A stretch of 64,000 nucleotides of DNA. It comes from an uncultured bacterium (GTDB lineage: Bacteria > Acidobacteriota > JAQAZP01). Both the position numbers and the translations under genes were made by a program. Of this stretch, positions 26,901 to 36,000 are shown one piece after another. Each line of letters starts with the position of its first letter. Position 1 is the first letter of the stretch. The notes beneath the pieces are model-generated. The model was not told the origin of the DNA, searched no databases, and saw only the letters and a program-made list of their open reading frames with translations. The stretch spans positions 24,912-88,911 of the forward strand of contig CBESOE010000004.1 in the NCBI GenBank assembly GCA_965531145.1, given 5' to 3'.

Positions 26901-26971
26901 AGGATGAAAAGAGCTTCGACGAAAGGATGAGAAAATGTTTCGCCTCCGGACGTTATTTTGCGCAGCTCTAG
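23912..26971 (+). CDS. Hypothetical large secreted protein (1019 aa), no recognisable domain
   Basis: Signal peptide MNRHPAPPTGISRNRLIIVAATVCLLLTAPALAGS; uninterrupted protein-like ORF; 3' end overlaps the VWA gene by 37 bp. Confidence 0.55.
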   Translation: MNRHPAPPTGISRNRLIIVAATVCLLLTAPALAGSDIPLMEVPGGMGSVSRLLGHATETTDGFARSVNRILLEVVRPDNDWQEHEERALLSAYITTVRELEASYGPRIELSPATGQGRREFTRLAALCGYAVHRKRGRLVCTQRGGPNPLHRRRTALALGWDLAGEAEKLDAGETVVLEFKNDQAKAPLDFTTWASITGRPVDSSTAFLELARDQRLGLVIEGLHQVTDETGDFFRNGQLTWVYDDAPAPFYRYSAQLELRQGSLVVPGGSGAESGWSELLGVPVSDTVPFIRALLCTEDARGAYLWQLLSTVPPEVLDELASTGLDQAPSWTVRLEKMYQRLGEESDRLAFARPRAPGFGIGDWEVLGLVFPEGPGEEWDGEEPIARIVRASGFAAGCSGQGLLTDTRADLPLLLQAEDRTPMALHTLESLCISDPLLLRDYLELVDQMDRRTSARGKPWPAENFQGGVVLLRILAEAGWVGHAFIEDRLRDWVDIHRQAARPEEVGSAQLQWLAGLLTDLPAISDDAPGRGERERAFIASLIRRRDPQAFHWRGLDYRGERGRDLAATMARRMVDQRIPCPDQVVEIAAQLSRLSEACRTGDLERSRRIATTLGSRISALPYPHSEPLPGQPNTDASLLPLERKKILKRLTAIRENRDPGRLRAMARAAEAAARMMGPEIRPLFICPAYLEAMGEKDHFLFADRNLIRRHAVSSAWGTKDHPVTPWRAATVIPAAHSDHGTHIAGHLTGVPAAMAAVLSVGSDSAAGTSRAFARLEPAWYENAVTTPWHRITPELSRFVSAALVAGDQLINNALADGGASQALNPVRLFVPPARLQQEARRLREGDNGTSLISTSERFMAGLAVAENGPLTAAVWGIPTGLCQELETSRVLLGSDWRRLVDEAGAPTPAINGRGRAWVGYWPSYESLVRNGPVERLRERQLIDLRLLVIDYLGRNHLPGEVGADLFTDLLFAVPRELLMETARDWEGFLAWTAMQDEKSFDERMRKCFASGRYFAQL

Positions 26972-28071
26972 CCATCGCCGCCCTGTCCATTCCGGTCGGT
27001 GCCGGCAACCTGGTGCAGTTCATCTCACCGCAACCCGGTGATCTGGTCACCGGAATGACCCAGATCCAGCTGGCGGTGATCAACGGCACTCGGCACATCG
27101 AACGGGTGGACCTCTATGTACGGGGCCGGCTGATCGGCACCGCCTTCCCCCCCGAGTGGTCCCTGACCTGGGATGCACCCACCAACGTTTCGGCCGACGG
27201 CATCGACGCCGTTGTCTACGAGGACGGGTCGATGGTGGGCAAGGTGCGTCTGGACACCCGCGAGTTCTACTTCGGCGAGTCGATCAACATCTCGGCGGTG
27301 CAACTCTACCCGGTGGTGGTGGATCGCCGGGGCCGCTACATCAAAAACCTCTCGGCCGACGACTTTCGCATCTACGACCAGGGGCAGCCGGTGGAGATAG
27401 AACATTTCGCCACCGAGGCCACCAGCCTGAGCATCGCCGTGGTGCTGGACAAGAGCAACAGCATGTCAAAGAAAATCGGCGTGGTGCAGAACGCCTCCTG
27501 CGGCTTCGTGGACAAGCTGGGCGAGGAGGACGAAGTGTCGGTCTACGCCTTCAACCAGCAGCTGGAGCGGATCATCTCCCCCACCCGGCTCCGCGGTCCG
27601 GTGAAACGCGGGATCCGCACCCTGGAGGCCGGCGGGGGCACCGCTCTCTTCGATGCCCTGATCCGGGTGCTGGACGATATGGAGGGGGTTACCGGCCGCA
27701 AGGCGATCTTCCTCTTCTCCGACGGCCTGGACGAATTGAGCCTGGCCGGCCTGGAGATGGTGATCGACGCCGCCCGTGACCACCGGGCGATCATCTACAC
27801 CGTGGGCGCGGGACAGGACGAGCGCAGCGCGCGGGCGCGCATGGACCTGCGCATGCTGGCCGAGGAGACCGGCGGCGAAGTCCACTTCATCGAGCGTTTC
27901 GAGGAACTGCCCACCGTCTTTGACGCCATCCTCGACCACCTGCGCTCGCAGTATGTGCTCAGCTACCGGCCCAGCCCGGGCCCTCCCGGGACCCGCTCGC
28001 TGGAGATCCGCTGCGACAAGCGCTCCTATCGCGTGCGCTGCCGCAAAAGCTACTACCACCAGGGGTCGTGA
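26935..28071 (+). CDS. Secreted von Willebrand factor type A (VWA) domain protein (VWFA-related Acidobacterial-domain-like architecture)
   Basis: Signal peptide MFRLRTLFCAALAIAALSIPVGAG; N-terminal beta domain; MIDAS-type VWA motifs VVLDKSNSM ... GGGTALFDAL ... IFLFSDG. Confidence 0.8.
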   Translation: MFRLRTLFCAALAIAALSIPVGAGNLVQFISPQPGDLVTGMTQIQLAVINGTRHIERVDLYVRGRLIGTAFPPEWSLTWDAPTNVSADGIDAVVYEDGSMVGKVRLDTREFYFGESINISAVQLYPVVVDRRGRYIKNLSADDFRIYDQGQPVEIEHFATEATSLSIAVVLDKSNSMSKKIGVVQNASCGFVDKLGEEDEVSVYAFNQQLERIISPTRLRGPVKRGIRTLEAGGGTALFDALIRVLDDMEGVTGRKAIFLFSDGLDELSLAGLEMVIDAARDHRAIIYTVGAGQDERSARARMDLRMLAEETGGEVHFIERFEELPTVFDAILDHLRSQYVLSYRPSPGPPGTRSLEIRCDKRSYRVRCRKSYYHQGS

Positions 28072-28074
28072 GGC

Positions 28075-30489
28075 TCAAAATTCCCAGTTCACGCCGAACG
28101 AGGGGATGATGCCCAGCCAGTTTTCTGTCTCGAACACCACATCCACCGTGCCGTCGGCCTGCTCGATGTACTCCGGGTCGGTGATGTTGATCCCGCGGGG
28201 GTTCTCCCGGTTGTAAATGTTCATGATATCGATGAAGAAGATCAACCGGCCGATGCGGATCGGGGTGGCCCGGCTGATCCGGACATCCAGCCGGTGGTAA
28301 TCGTCCAGGCGTTCCCCGTAGAAGGGGCCCACGGTGTAGGCCAACTCCCCGGAACCATCGAGAGTGTCCACCAGCTCAGCCGACACCACGGTGGTGGGCC
28401 AGCCACTGTGCCAGGTCCAGAGCCCGGTGAGGGTCCACTTCTCGTTGGGCCGCCAGCTGCCGCTGACGGTGAAGGCGTGGGGCTGGTCGATGTATCGCGG
28501 CACGAACTCGCCGTCCAGCTCGTCCTCGATGGAGGAAATGGTGTAACTCAGCCACCAGCTGAACGGCCCGGCCCCGCGGCTGCCCAGGAAGAGTTCAACG
28601 CCCCGGGCCTTGACGCTTTCCGGCTCCAGACGCACCAGGCCGGTGGCCACCTCGGGCGCCGGGTGAAATGGGTCGAAGATGGTTTCGTAGCGGGGGCGGG
28701 GATCGGCCACCTGGCGCCAGTAGGCGTCGATCCGCAGATGTATCTTGTGCAGGAGGTCGGCGTCATATCCCGCGGTCCACTGCTCGGCCAGCTGCGAGCG
28801 GTAGAATTCGAAATCGCCAAAAGGCACGTTCAGTTCGTGGGGCCGCATGGTCTGGTAGTAGTGGCCATAGCCGGCGCGCACCAGGCCCCCGGCGCCCAGA
28901 TCGTAGACCAGGTTGACCCGCGGGCTGAGATCGCTGTCCTCGGTGAGGGACTGGGCATCGTAGCGCACCCCCAGTTCGGCGGTGAAGCTGCGGCCCAGAC
29001 GGAAACGGTCGGCCAGGTAGACAGCGTATTGTTCGGCGGTGTAGTCCTCGTTGAATGACGTGACCCCGGTCCCGGGCTCGAATCGGGGGTCGTCGATGGG
29101 ATCCTGCACCTGGAAGGTGTTGAGGTAGTCGTAAGTCGCATCATAGCGCCTGGCCTCGAAACCCCAGCGGAGATACTGCCGCCCGGACAGTTCGAACTGC
29201 CAGCCCTGGCGCAGGCTGAGCAGGTTCAGGTCCCGGTCGTCGTTGAGGTCGATCCCCTCTTCCGGGTCGACATAGAGGATGTAGCGGTCGGTGGTTACCT
29301 GGCCCAGGGAGAGCGTGGTGTCGACAAAGGTCCGAGCCCCGACGATCCACTGGTGGTCCAGCCAGACATAGCGGCTACCGTACCCGGTCTCCGCCTCGCT
29401 GTATTCCTCAGCGCTGTCCTCCTCCTCGAAGACTAGGCTGTCATCCGCAGCCAGCACGTTCAGCGCCAGCCGGTGCTCCTGGTTGAGGTTGTAGGCCAGC
29501 TTGAAGAACCCGTCCCAGTATTTCGGGTCGGGTGGATCGTCGTCATCGCCGTCCGAGGCCATACCGAGAATCACATCGAGATACCCGCGGCGCAGCGAGC
29601 CGAGCCAGCTCCCCTTTCCCTCGCCCCAGGTCCCGGAGGTGAACCCCCAGGCATTGGTGAAGCTGATGCCGATGCTGTGCAGGTTCTCCACCGGTTCCGT
29701 CGAATTCATCTCCAGCAGCGCGGTCATCCGGTCGCCGAAATCGGCCGGGAATCCGCCGGGGGTGAGGTCCACGCCGCCGATCACCTGGGGGTCGAGGATG
29801 CTGAACACCCCCTGGAAGTCCTTGAGGTGGAACGGCTCGAAGAGTTCCTGCCCGTCCAGCAGGACCAGGATCTCGTCGTGCAGGCCACCGCGCACGCTGA
29901 AGCGGGAGGAGATGTCCCCGGAAGCGGCACCGGGCAGTGCCGTGATCGCCCGGTAGAGATCGTCACCGAAGTGGGGCATGGTCATGATCTCCTCCCGGTC
30001 CAATGACACCGCCGAGACCGGGTCCTCACGGAGGATGGAGGCGGTGGAGGTGACCACGATCTCCTTCAGCGGCACCTCCACCCGGCCCAACTGGATGGTA
30101 ATCTCCGCCGTGCTTCCAACGGTCACGATCACGCCTTCCGCAACACCCACCGAAAACCCCGAGAGGTGGGCTTCCACCCGCCACTCACCCGCCGGCACGT
30201 CGCTTATCTCAAAGCGCCCGTCCCGGCCGGTGACGGATTCGTGCCCCGACTGGGGTATGTGAACCCGCACACCGCCCACCGGCTGGCCGTCTTCGTCGAT
30301 GACCGATCCGCCGATGGTGCCGGTGAAGGATGGAGGGGGAGGGTCGTCCGCGGCCAGCGCATCGCTGCCCGGGGCAAAACAGAGCCCGGTGAGCAGGAGA
30401 AGCAGGACAGGAAGAAATCGCAATGACGTGAGCCGGAGGCCGAAGAGTTGTATGCCTGAGCGGGACCTGTTCCTCTCATGCTGCAGCAT
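28075..30489 (-). CDS. TonB-dependent outer-membrane receptor with N-terminal carboxypeptidase-regulatory-like domain
   Basis: Signal peptide; CarboxypepD_reg-like segment GSVIDEDGQPVGGVRVHIPQSGHESVTGRDGRFEISDVPAGEWRVEA; plug then 22-strand-type barrel; C-terminal ...FGVNWEF. Confidence 0.85.
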   Translation of the reverse strand: MLQHERNRSRSGIQLFGLRLTSLRFLPVLLLLLTGLCFAPGSDALAADDPPPPSFTGTIGGSVIDEDGQPVGGVRVHIPQSGHESVTGRDGRFEISDVPAGEWRVEAHLSGFSVGVAEGVIVTVGSTAEITIQLGRVEVPLKEIVVTSTASILREDPVSAVSLDREEIMTMPHFGDDLYRAITALPGAASGDISSRFSVRGGLHDEILVLLDGQELFEPFHLKDFQGVFSILDPQVIGGVDLTPGGFPADFGDRMTALLEMNSTEPVENLHSIGISFTNAWGFTSGTWGEGKGSWLGSLRRGYLDVILGMASDGDDDDPPDPKYWDGFFKLAYNLNQEHRLALNVLAADDSLVFEEEDSAEEYSEAETGYGSRYVWLDHQWIVGARTFVDTTLSLGQVTTDRYILYVDPEEGIDLNDDRDLNLLSLRQGWQFELSGRQYLRWGFEARRYDATYDYLNTFQVQDPIDDPRFEPGTGVTSFNEDYTAEQYAVYLADRFRLGRSFTAELGVRYDAQSLTEDSDLSPRVNLVYDLGAGGLVRAGYGHYYQTMRPHELNVPFGDFEFYRSQLAEQWTAGYDADLLHKIHLRIDAYWRQVADPRPRYETIFDPFHPAPEVATGLVRLEPESVKARGVELFLGSRGAGPFSWWLSYTISSIEDELDGEFVPRYIDQPHAFTVSGSWRPNEKWTLTGLWTWHSGWPTTVVSAELVDTLDGSGELAYTVGPFYGERLDDYHRLDVRISRATPIRIGRLIFFIDIMNIYNRENPRGINITDPEYIEQADGTVDVVFETENWLGIIPSFGVNWEF

Positions 30490-30661
30490 CGGTCGGCTCC
30501 TTTTTCCTGAAAAGGGCTTGGACGGTATATGACCCTATTCGCTGTACAAGGAGAATTCAGTTGCGTATTTGAATACTACATTACTTGACATTCATTGATT
30601 ATAGAAACGGATGTAGAAACAGATTCGTTCGAATATGAATTGTCATTCTGATCGACTGCGC

Positions 30662-30699
30662 AAAAAATCGGCCCCGCCATCCTGGTGGATGACGGGGCC
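30662..30699 (-). terminator. Rho-independent terminator downstream of the FadL-family gene
   Basis: On the minus strand: GGCCCCGTCATC-cacca-GATGGCGGGGCC followed by GATTTTTTG; sits between the fadL stop (30727) and the TBDR promoter region. Confidence 0.6.
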
Positions 30700-30726
30700 T
30701 CAAAGCTCTTCAGCACTCGAACCTGG

Positions 30727-32091
30727 CTAGAAGGTCCAGCTCAGCTGGACACTGAGAATATCGACATAGGCCTTATATTCGCCGTGAATAGCCCCGCGGG
30801 TCACTTCCTCGGGCACAGTGCCTTCCTTGTGGATCCCCGCATTGGAGACAAAGATGTGGGCGTAGCCGCCACTCAGGGCAAAGGCATCGTTGATGGTGTA
30901 GGTCGTGCCGAGGGTCAGCCACCAGCGGTCGTTGCCCGGCACCCGCACCGTGCGCAGGGCCGCGTTGGGGATGGGTGACTGGTCATAGGCGCCGCCGAAA
31001 CGGAAGAGCCACTTTTCGCTGGGGTCGTAGTTGAACCCCATGGCCATGCGCCAGGCGTCGTTCCAGTCGAGGGTGGTCACGTTGTCGCTGGCCCCACTCT
31101 CGAACTGGATGCGCAGTTCCTCGACACAGCTCCAGCCGGTCCAGGTCGCATCCGCCATAATCGCCCATTCGTCGGTGAGTTCGTGGAAGATGCTGGCCGA
31201 GGCATTCTGGGGCACCGTGATCTCAGCCGCGGCCGGACCGTCCACCAGGCCGGCCAGACCGGCGAGGATGTCGGTATAGGCATTGGGAGAGCTGAAGTCG
31301 GCGTCCCCCTCCAGGTCGTAGTCGATCTCCGAACGATAGGAAAGACCGTAGCGGGTCCCCTCGGTCTGCTCGAAGAGGAAACCGAGGTTCCAACCGTACC
31401 CGTAGTCATCGGCCTCAATTGTGACAAACCCGTCATCACCCTGGGGGGTCAGCGGCAGGCCGGCGCCCAGGATGGCGTTGATCGTGCCGTAGTCGATGGC
31501 GTTGCTGAAGGTCCCATCCATACTCTGGACGTTTATGCCCAGCCCCATGGAAAACTTGTCGGTGAACTTCCAGGCCACGGTGGGATTGATGTTGAGCGTC
31601 ATCACCTCGGAGTCCACACCGTGGTAGCGACCCTTCCAGTCTTCCTCGTACTTGGTGGCCAGACCGAAGGGCACGCTCACACCGAGACCGAGAAAGAGCT
31701 TCTCGTTTATCTGCCCGGCCCACCAGATATTGGGAACGAGCGTGAGGTCGCCGGCATTTCCCCCGTCACTGCCGGTGAGCGGGATCTCCGCACCCAGCAG
31801 GGGGGTGAGGGTGGAGCCGTGATCCTCGAATTTTGTTGACGGAATGATGGCGTGGAGGCCCACCTCAATGTTCTGCCCCTTGAGCCGGGTCAGGCCCGCC
31901 GGGTTGAAGAAGATGGTGGTGGCGTCCTCGGCCACCGCCGCACCGCCGGCAAAGGCGTTGCCCAACCCCCTCACGCCCTGCTCGATCAGCGCGAAACCGG
32001 AAGCGCGGGCATCCAGCGCGCTGCCCCCCGCCATCAGGGCCGTAATGGTGACGATCAGAGCCAATTTGCAGGTAAACGTTCCTCTCGACAT
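30727..32091 (-). CDS. FadL/OmpP1/TodX family outer-membrane transporter of hydrophobic compounds
   Basis: Start at MSRGTFTCKLALIVTITALMAGGSALDA (signal peptide) inside track ORF 30727..32178. FadL N-terminal hatch motif ...FALIEQGVRGLGNAFAGGAAVAEDATTIFFNPAGL; ends ...QLSWTF. Confidence 0.85.
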   Translation of the reverse strand: MSRGTFTCKLALIVTITALMAGGSALDARASGFALIEQGVRGLGNAFAGGAAVAEDATTIFFNPAGLTRLKGQNIEVGLHAIIPSTKFEDHGSTLTPLLGAEIPLTGSDGGNAGDLTLVPNIWWAGQINEKLFLGLGVSVPFGLATKYEEDWKGRYHGVDSEVMTLNINPTVAWKFTDKFSMGLGINVQSMDGTFSNAIDYGTINAILGAGLPLTPQGDDGFVTIEADDYGYGWNLGFLFEQTEGTRYGLSYRSEIDYDLEGDADFSSPNAYTDILAGLAGLVDGPAAAEITVPQNASASIFHELTDEWAIMADATWTGWSCVEELRIQFESGASDNVTTLDWNDAWRMAMGFNYDPSEKWLFRFGGAYDQSPIPNAALRTVRVPGNDRWWLTLGTTYTINDAFALSGGYAHIFVSNAGIHKEGTVPEEVTRGAIHGEYKAYVDILSVQLSWTF

Positions 32092-32340
32092 TGTTCCCCC
32101 CTTAATTGTTAAGTTATTAATGATTACCTCACAATACCACCGCATCGTGCATTCTTCTGTAATCGCACGATACGGCATTCCGGGTCGCCGTCGATAAAAA
32201 TAGACTGAAAACTGGGACTACTTAAACCAGAATTGCTCTGAAATTTAGATGAAACGGGCATTTATGTCAAGCGGGCGGGCCTCCCCGGCGGCACGGATTA
32301 CCGTGGCGACACCGGGGAACGTGGGATACCGTCTCCGGGG

Positions 32341-33000
32341 CTACTTCTGCTTCCACTCCCCGTTGGGCATCTGGATCCAGTCGCCGGGCCTGGCATCCCC
32401 CCGCAGAGTGACGGCGTAGGTCTCCTTGATTCGCGGCACTTGGGAAAGATCCACGTTTTTCGCGGCGGCGATCTCCTTGAACAGCTGCTCCCGGTCCCGG
32501 TTCTCGTCCTTGATCAACCGCTGGACCTCGGCCCGCTGCTTGAGATCATTGATCGACTGCAAATTGCGGGGGACCAGCAGTGCGTCCTTGCCCTCGCCGA
32601 TCACACCCATGCCCTTGAACTTCCTCAGATCGGGCAGGCGGGCAGCGCGGGAGTCGATGATCCGCCGGATCGCCGGGTTGGTGATCTCGGGCCGCGACAC
32701 CTCGTCGGCATAGGCCGGGGTCACACCCAACAGGAGGTCGAAGAGACCGGCGGAGCTGGGGGCGGCCTCGCCTTCCCCGGCCGCCGGCACCGCGTCCGGC
32801 TCGCCCTCGCCCTGCTCCGCCGTGGCCGCCTCGGCGGCCTTCAGTGCCACCTCCTCCTCGATCTGCTCCGAGATGTCCTTGATCGCCGCTTCCGGAAAGT
32901 ACACGTTGATGGTGACACAGGCGATGACGAACAGAGCGGCCAGGCCGGTGAACGTCATGAGGGTCATTCTGGTTCTCATGGGATGTCTCCTTCTCATCAA
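32341..33000 (-). CDS. YnbE-like lipoprotein segment fused to a DUF1318 (YdbL-like) domain
   Basis: N-terminal lipobox-like LFVIAC followed by VTINVYFPEAAIKDISEQIEEEV (resembles the YnbE INMNVKIEHE core); C-terminal ...NPAIRRIIDSRAARLPDLRKFKGMGVIGEGKDALLVPR...KDENRDREQLFKEIA matches the DUF1318 pattern. Assigned from memory of family motifs. Confidence 0.6.
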   Translation of the reverse strand: MMRRRHPMRTRMTLMTFTGLAALFVIACVTINVYFPEAAIKDISEQIEEEVALKAAEAATAEQGEGEPDAVPAAGEGEAAPSSAGLFDLLLGVTPAYADEVSRPEITNPAIRRIIDSRAARLPDLRKFKGMGVIGEGKDALLVPRNLQSINDLKQRAEVQRLIKDENRDREQLFKEIAAAKNVDLSQVPRIKETYAVTLRGDARPGDWIQMPNGEWKQK

Positions 33001-33043
33001 GTGGAATATGGTGAGTATACCCGATTCTTCTGCAAATGGTGTC

Positions 33044-36000
33044 TCAGCGTTCCCTGCCGTCCCCGCCGGTGCTGGTCACCGATTCCGAGAAATCGATGGA
33101 CTGGAACCGGGCCAGCATGGTGCTGAAGGAGACCGTCTTGCCCGGCTCGGCATTGACCACGTCGATACGGAACGGCAGCCGGCCTTTGAGGAACAGTTCC
33201 TTGTCGCCACGGCTCTCGGTGCCGCGGAGATAGAACATGTCCTTTTCCAGACGCATCTTCACACCCAGTTGCTCGTAAGTGTAGCGGTCGAGCAGGGAGT
33301 GGAGCCCGCGGTCAAAGACCGTGATCCGGCCGCCGGTGCCGACGATGGCGATATTGTTTATCGCCTTGACATTTATGGTCTGGGCCACTCCCTTGCGCGG
33401 CACGGTGCGCATCTCCGCCCGGAACCCCACCGGCGTGCCGGCAAAGAGCCGGCAGTTGCTGACCCGCCCCTCGAGAATACCGCTGATCGCCCCGAAGTCG
33501 AATGTCCGGGTGACCTGGACCAGGTCGATCTCGCTGAACTCGGCGGAAAAGGAGAGGCGGGGATAGCGGGAGAGCACCTCCTCGCCGGAGATATCGCTGA
33601 TGATCACCTTCCCGCCAAACAGTGCCATCTCACCGCCACCGTCCACCCGCAAACGGGTGGGCGAAAGCTCCACCCGAGGCAGGTGCCCGTCCAGTTCGCC
33701 CTCGAACAGGGGCCAGTCCATCGCCCGGCTCAGTTCTCCCAGCTGCAGCCCGTCGATGGTCAACCCGGTCTCCAGGTAGCGGCTGTGGCCCAGCAGCCCG
33801 GCCAGGGTCAGCCGCTGGAAGGTGACCGTGCCGCCCAGCAGCGGCAAACTCTGCGAGGCCTCGAGGCTCACCGTGTCCCCCTGGACCACCAGGTCGGAGT
33901 CGGTCCGCTGAACGGTGACGGCGTCGAGCTTCAGCTCGTCAAAACCCATCCGCCCGTGCCGGGCAGCGCCGTCCACCGGCCTCACCCCGTCTTCCCCGGG
34001 CGGCCCCCAGACCAGGTCCAGCGGCAACTCCAGGTCCAGACCCCGCACCGCCATGGTCCGTTCCTCGCCGGTGAGGTCCAGGCCGTCCAGACGCACCCGG
34101 CCCTGGAGCGCGGCGCCCTCACCGTCCAGGTGTCCCTCGGCAAACACGTTGATGCGGCCGCCGGCGTCCAGACGCACCAGCAGCGGCAGCGAATCCCCCA
34201 GCGGCCGCCGGACGCAGCTCTCATAGGCCGAGGCCAGGTCATCCACCCCCAGGCTGGCCGAGAACCGGCGGTCAGGCTCTTCGCTGCCGGAGAAGGATGC
34301 CCGGAGGCGAAGTCCGGGGACCGGCTGCAGGTCGCCCTCGGCCCACCAGTGGCCGGCGCGATCCCCCTCTCCTTCCAGACCGGCGGCCAGACTGACCTGC
34401 GGCTCCAGCTCCCCGAAGTCGCCAAAGAGTGAGTCCCAGAGCAGCTGGAAGCCGCCGGCGGTAGTGGAAGCCTCCACCCGCAGGGAGCTGTCGGCACCGG
34501 CTTCCGCCTGCACCTGCCAGCTGGAGGCCAGGCCCTGAACCGCCCGGGCACCATCTTCCGAGGCGAACCAGGCCTGACCCATCTCCATGGTCCCGGCAGC
34601 TGTCCAGCCGTCCTTCTCGGAGTAGGCGGCATCTCCCCTGCCGCTGAGGGTGGCCTCCAGTTCGTATCCCGGCAGCAGTTCCCCGGTGAGGGGCACCAGT
34701 GCCCGGCGGATGGCCGGCAGATCAGCCTGGTCGAGACGCAGCGCCGCAGTGACCTGGGGCTCCTCGTCCGGGTTCCAGCGGCCATCGCCGGAGATCGTGA
34801 CCAGATCGCCCCATGTTGCCGTCCCGATTTCGAACCGGCCCTGGAGCGATACGGGATCGATCCAGCCCGAACCTGACAGGATCAGGGGCAACACTGACAA
34901 TGGCTTCGGTTGGAGATCGCCGCCGAGGCGCACACCGGGGAAGCGCAGGTTGTTCCGTTCTTCGAAGCGGAAGTCCGCAGCCAGCGTCCCCCCGTTCAAC
35001 GTCAGCGGGCAGGCCTGCCCACGGGCCGATTCGAGGCAGAAGTCCACGCCGTCCACATCCACCGTCCCCTCCACCAGCGGCTCGTCCAGGGTTCCGCTGA
35101 TCCGGCCGGCCGCCCGTGGCAGGCCGTCAAGCCGATACCGTTTCGATATGTTGAAACCAAAACCGGTTGCCGCCAGCCGGCGGAGGTCCGGGATGGACGG
35201 CCCGGTCCAGTTCCACTCCGCTGCCAGCCGGTTCTCCGAGGCACCGCCCAGCATCAACGATCCATCGGCGTGCAGGTCACCGGCCGATGCCGAGGTGAGC
35301 AGGGCCCGACCGGCGGTGAGCCAGTCGCCCGATTCCGTAACCTGCTCCAGAGTGCCCTGGTAGGTCAGGTCCAGCGGGCAGAGGCTGTCCAGTTGCCATT
35401 TGTCTCCGTCCGGCCTGTTCTGGCCACCCCGGAGCAGCGTCAGTGCTTCGGCCCGTGCCTCAAGACGGCAGAGCGGAGCCCCTCCGGTCGGCGCCCGCTC
35501 GAGGGTCAGCTCGGCCCGGCCCCCGCCCGTCACCCCTTCGGGCGCCAGGCCCAGGGCGAACAACAGCCGGACCGGGTCGCCGGTTTCCACGGTAGCGTTT
35601 TCAATCCGCATGTCCCTGCCGTCAGCCGCCATGCCCCCTTCGATGACCAGAGAGGCCAGTCCGGGCGCATCCGCATCAACGGTGTAGAGCCACGCCCCGT
35701 CCGAACCCTCCAGAAGGCGCAGGCTGAAGCCGGGAAATGCCAGCGGCTGGCGGTCCGGGTCACGGAATCCGATTTCGCCCCCGGCCCTGGCCTGGAGCGT
35801 GGCCGCAGCATCCGGAGGGTCGAACCGCACATCGATCTCCACGTCCGCCACCGGGCGGTGGAGATCGAGGGGCGTGTCTTCGACAAACCCGGCCACGTCC
35901 TCGGCCCCGGCCAGAAAGGAGAGCAGCGGGACCAGGGCCAGCTGCCCAGCCCGCAGTCGCACCTCACCACCAAGCCCCTGCCCCAGACCGGTGACCTCGC

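Noticed and set aside
30560-30640. Possible Fur box upstream of the TonB-dependent receptor (TATAATCAATGAATGTCAA on the minus strand)
   Set aside because: Only ~7/19 matches to the GATAATGATAATCATTATC consensus.
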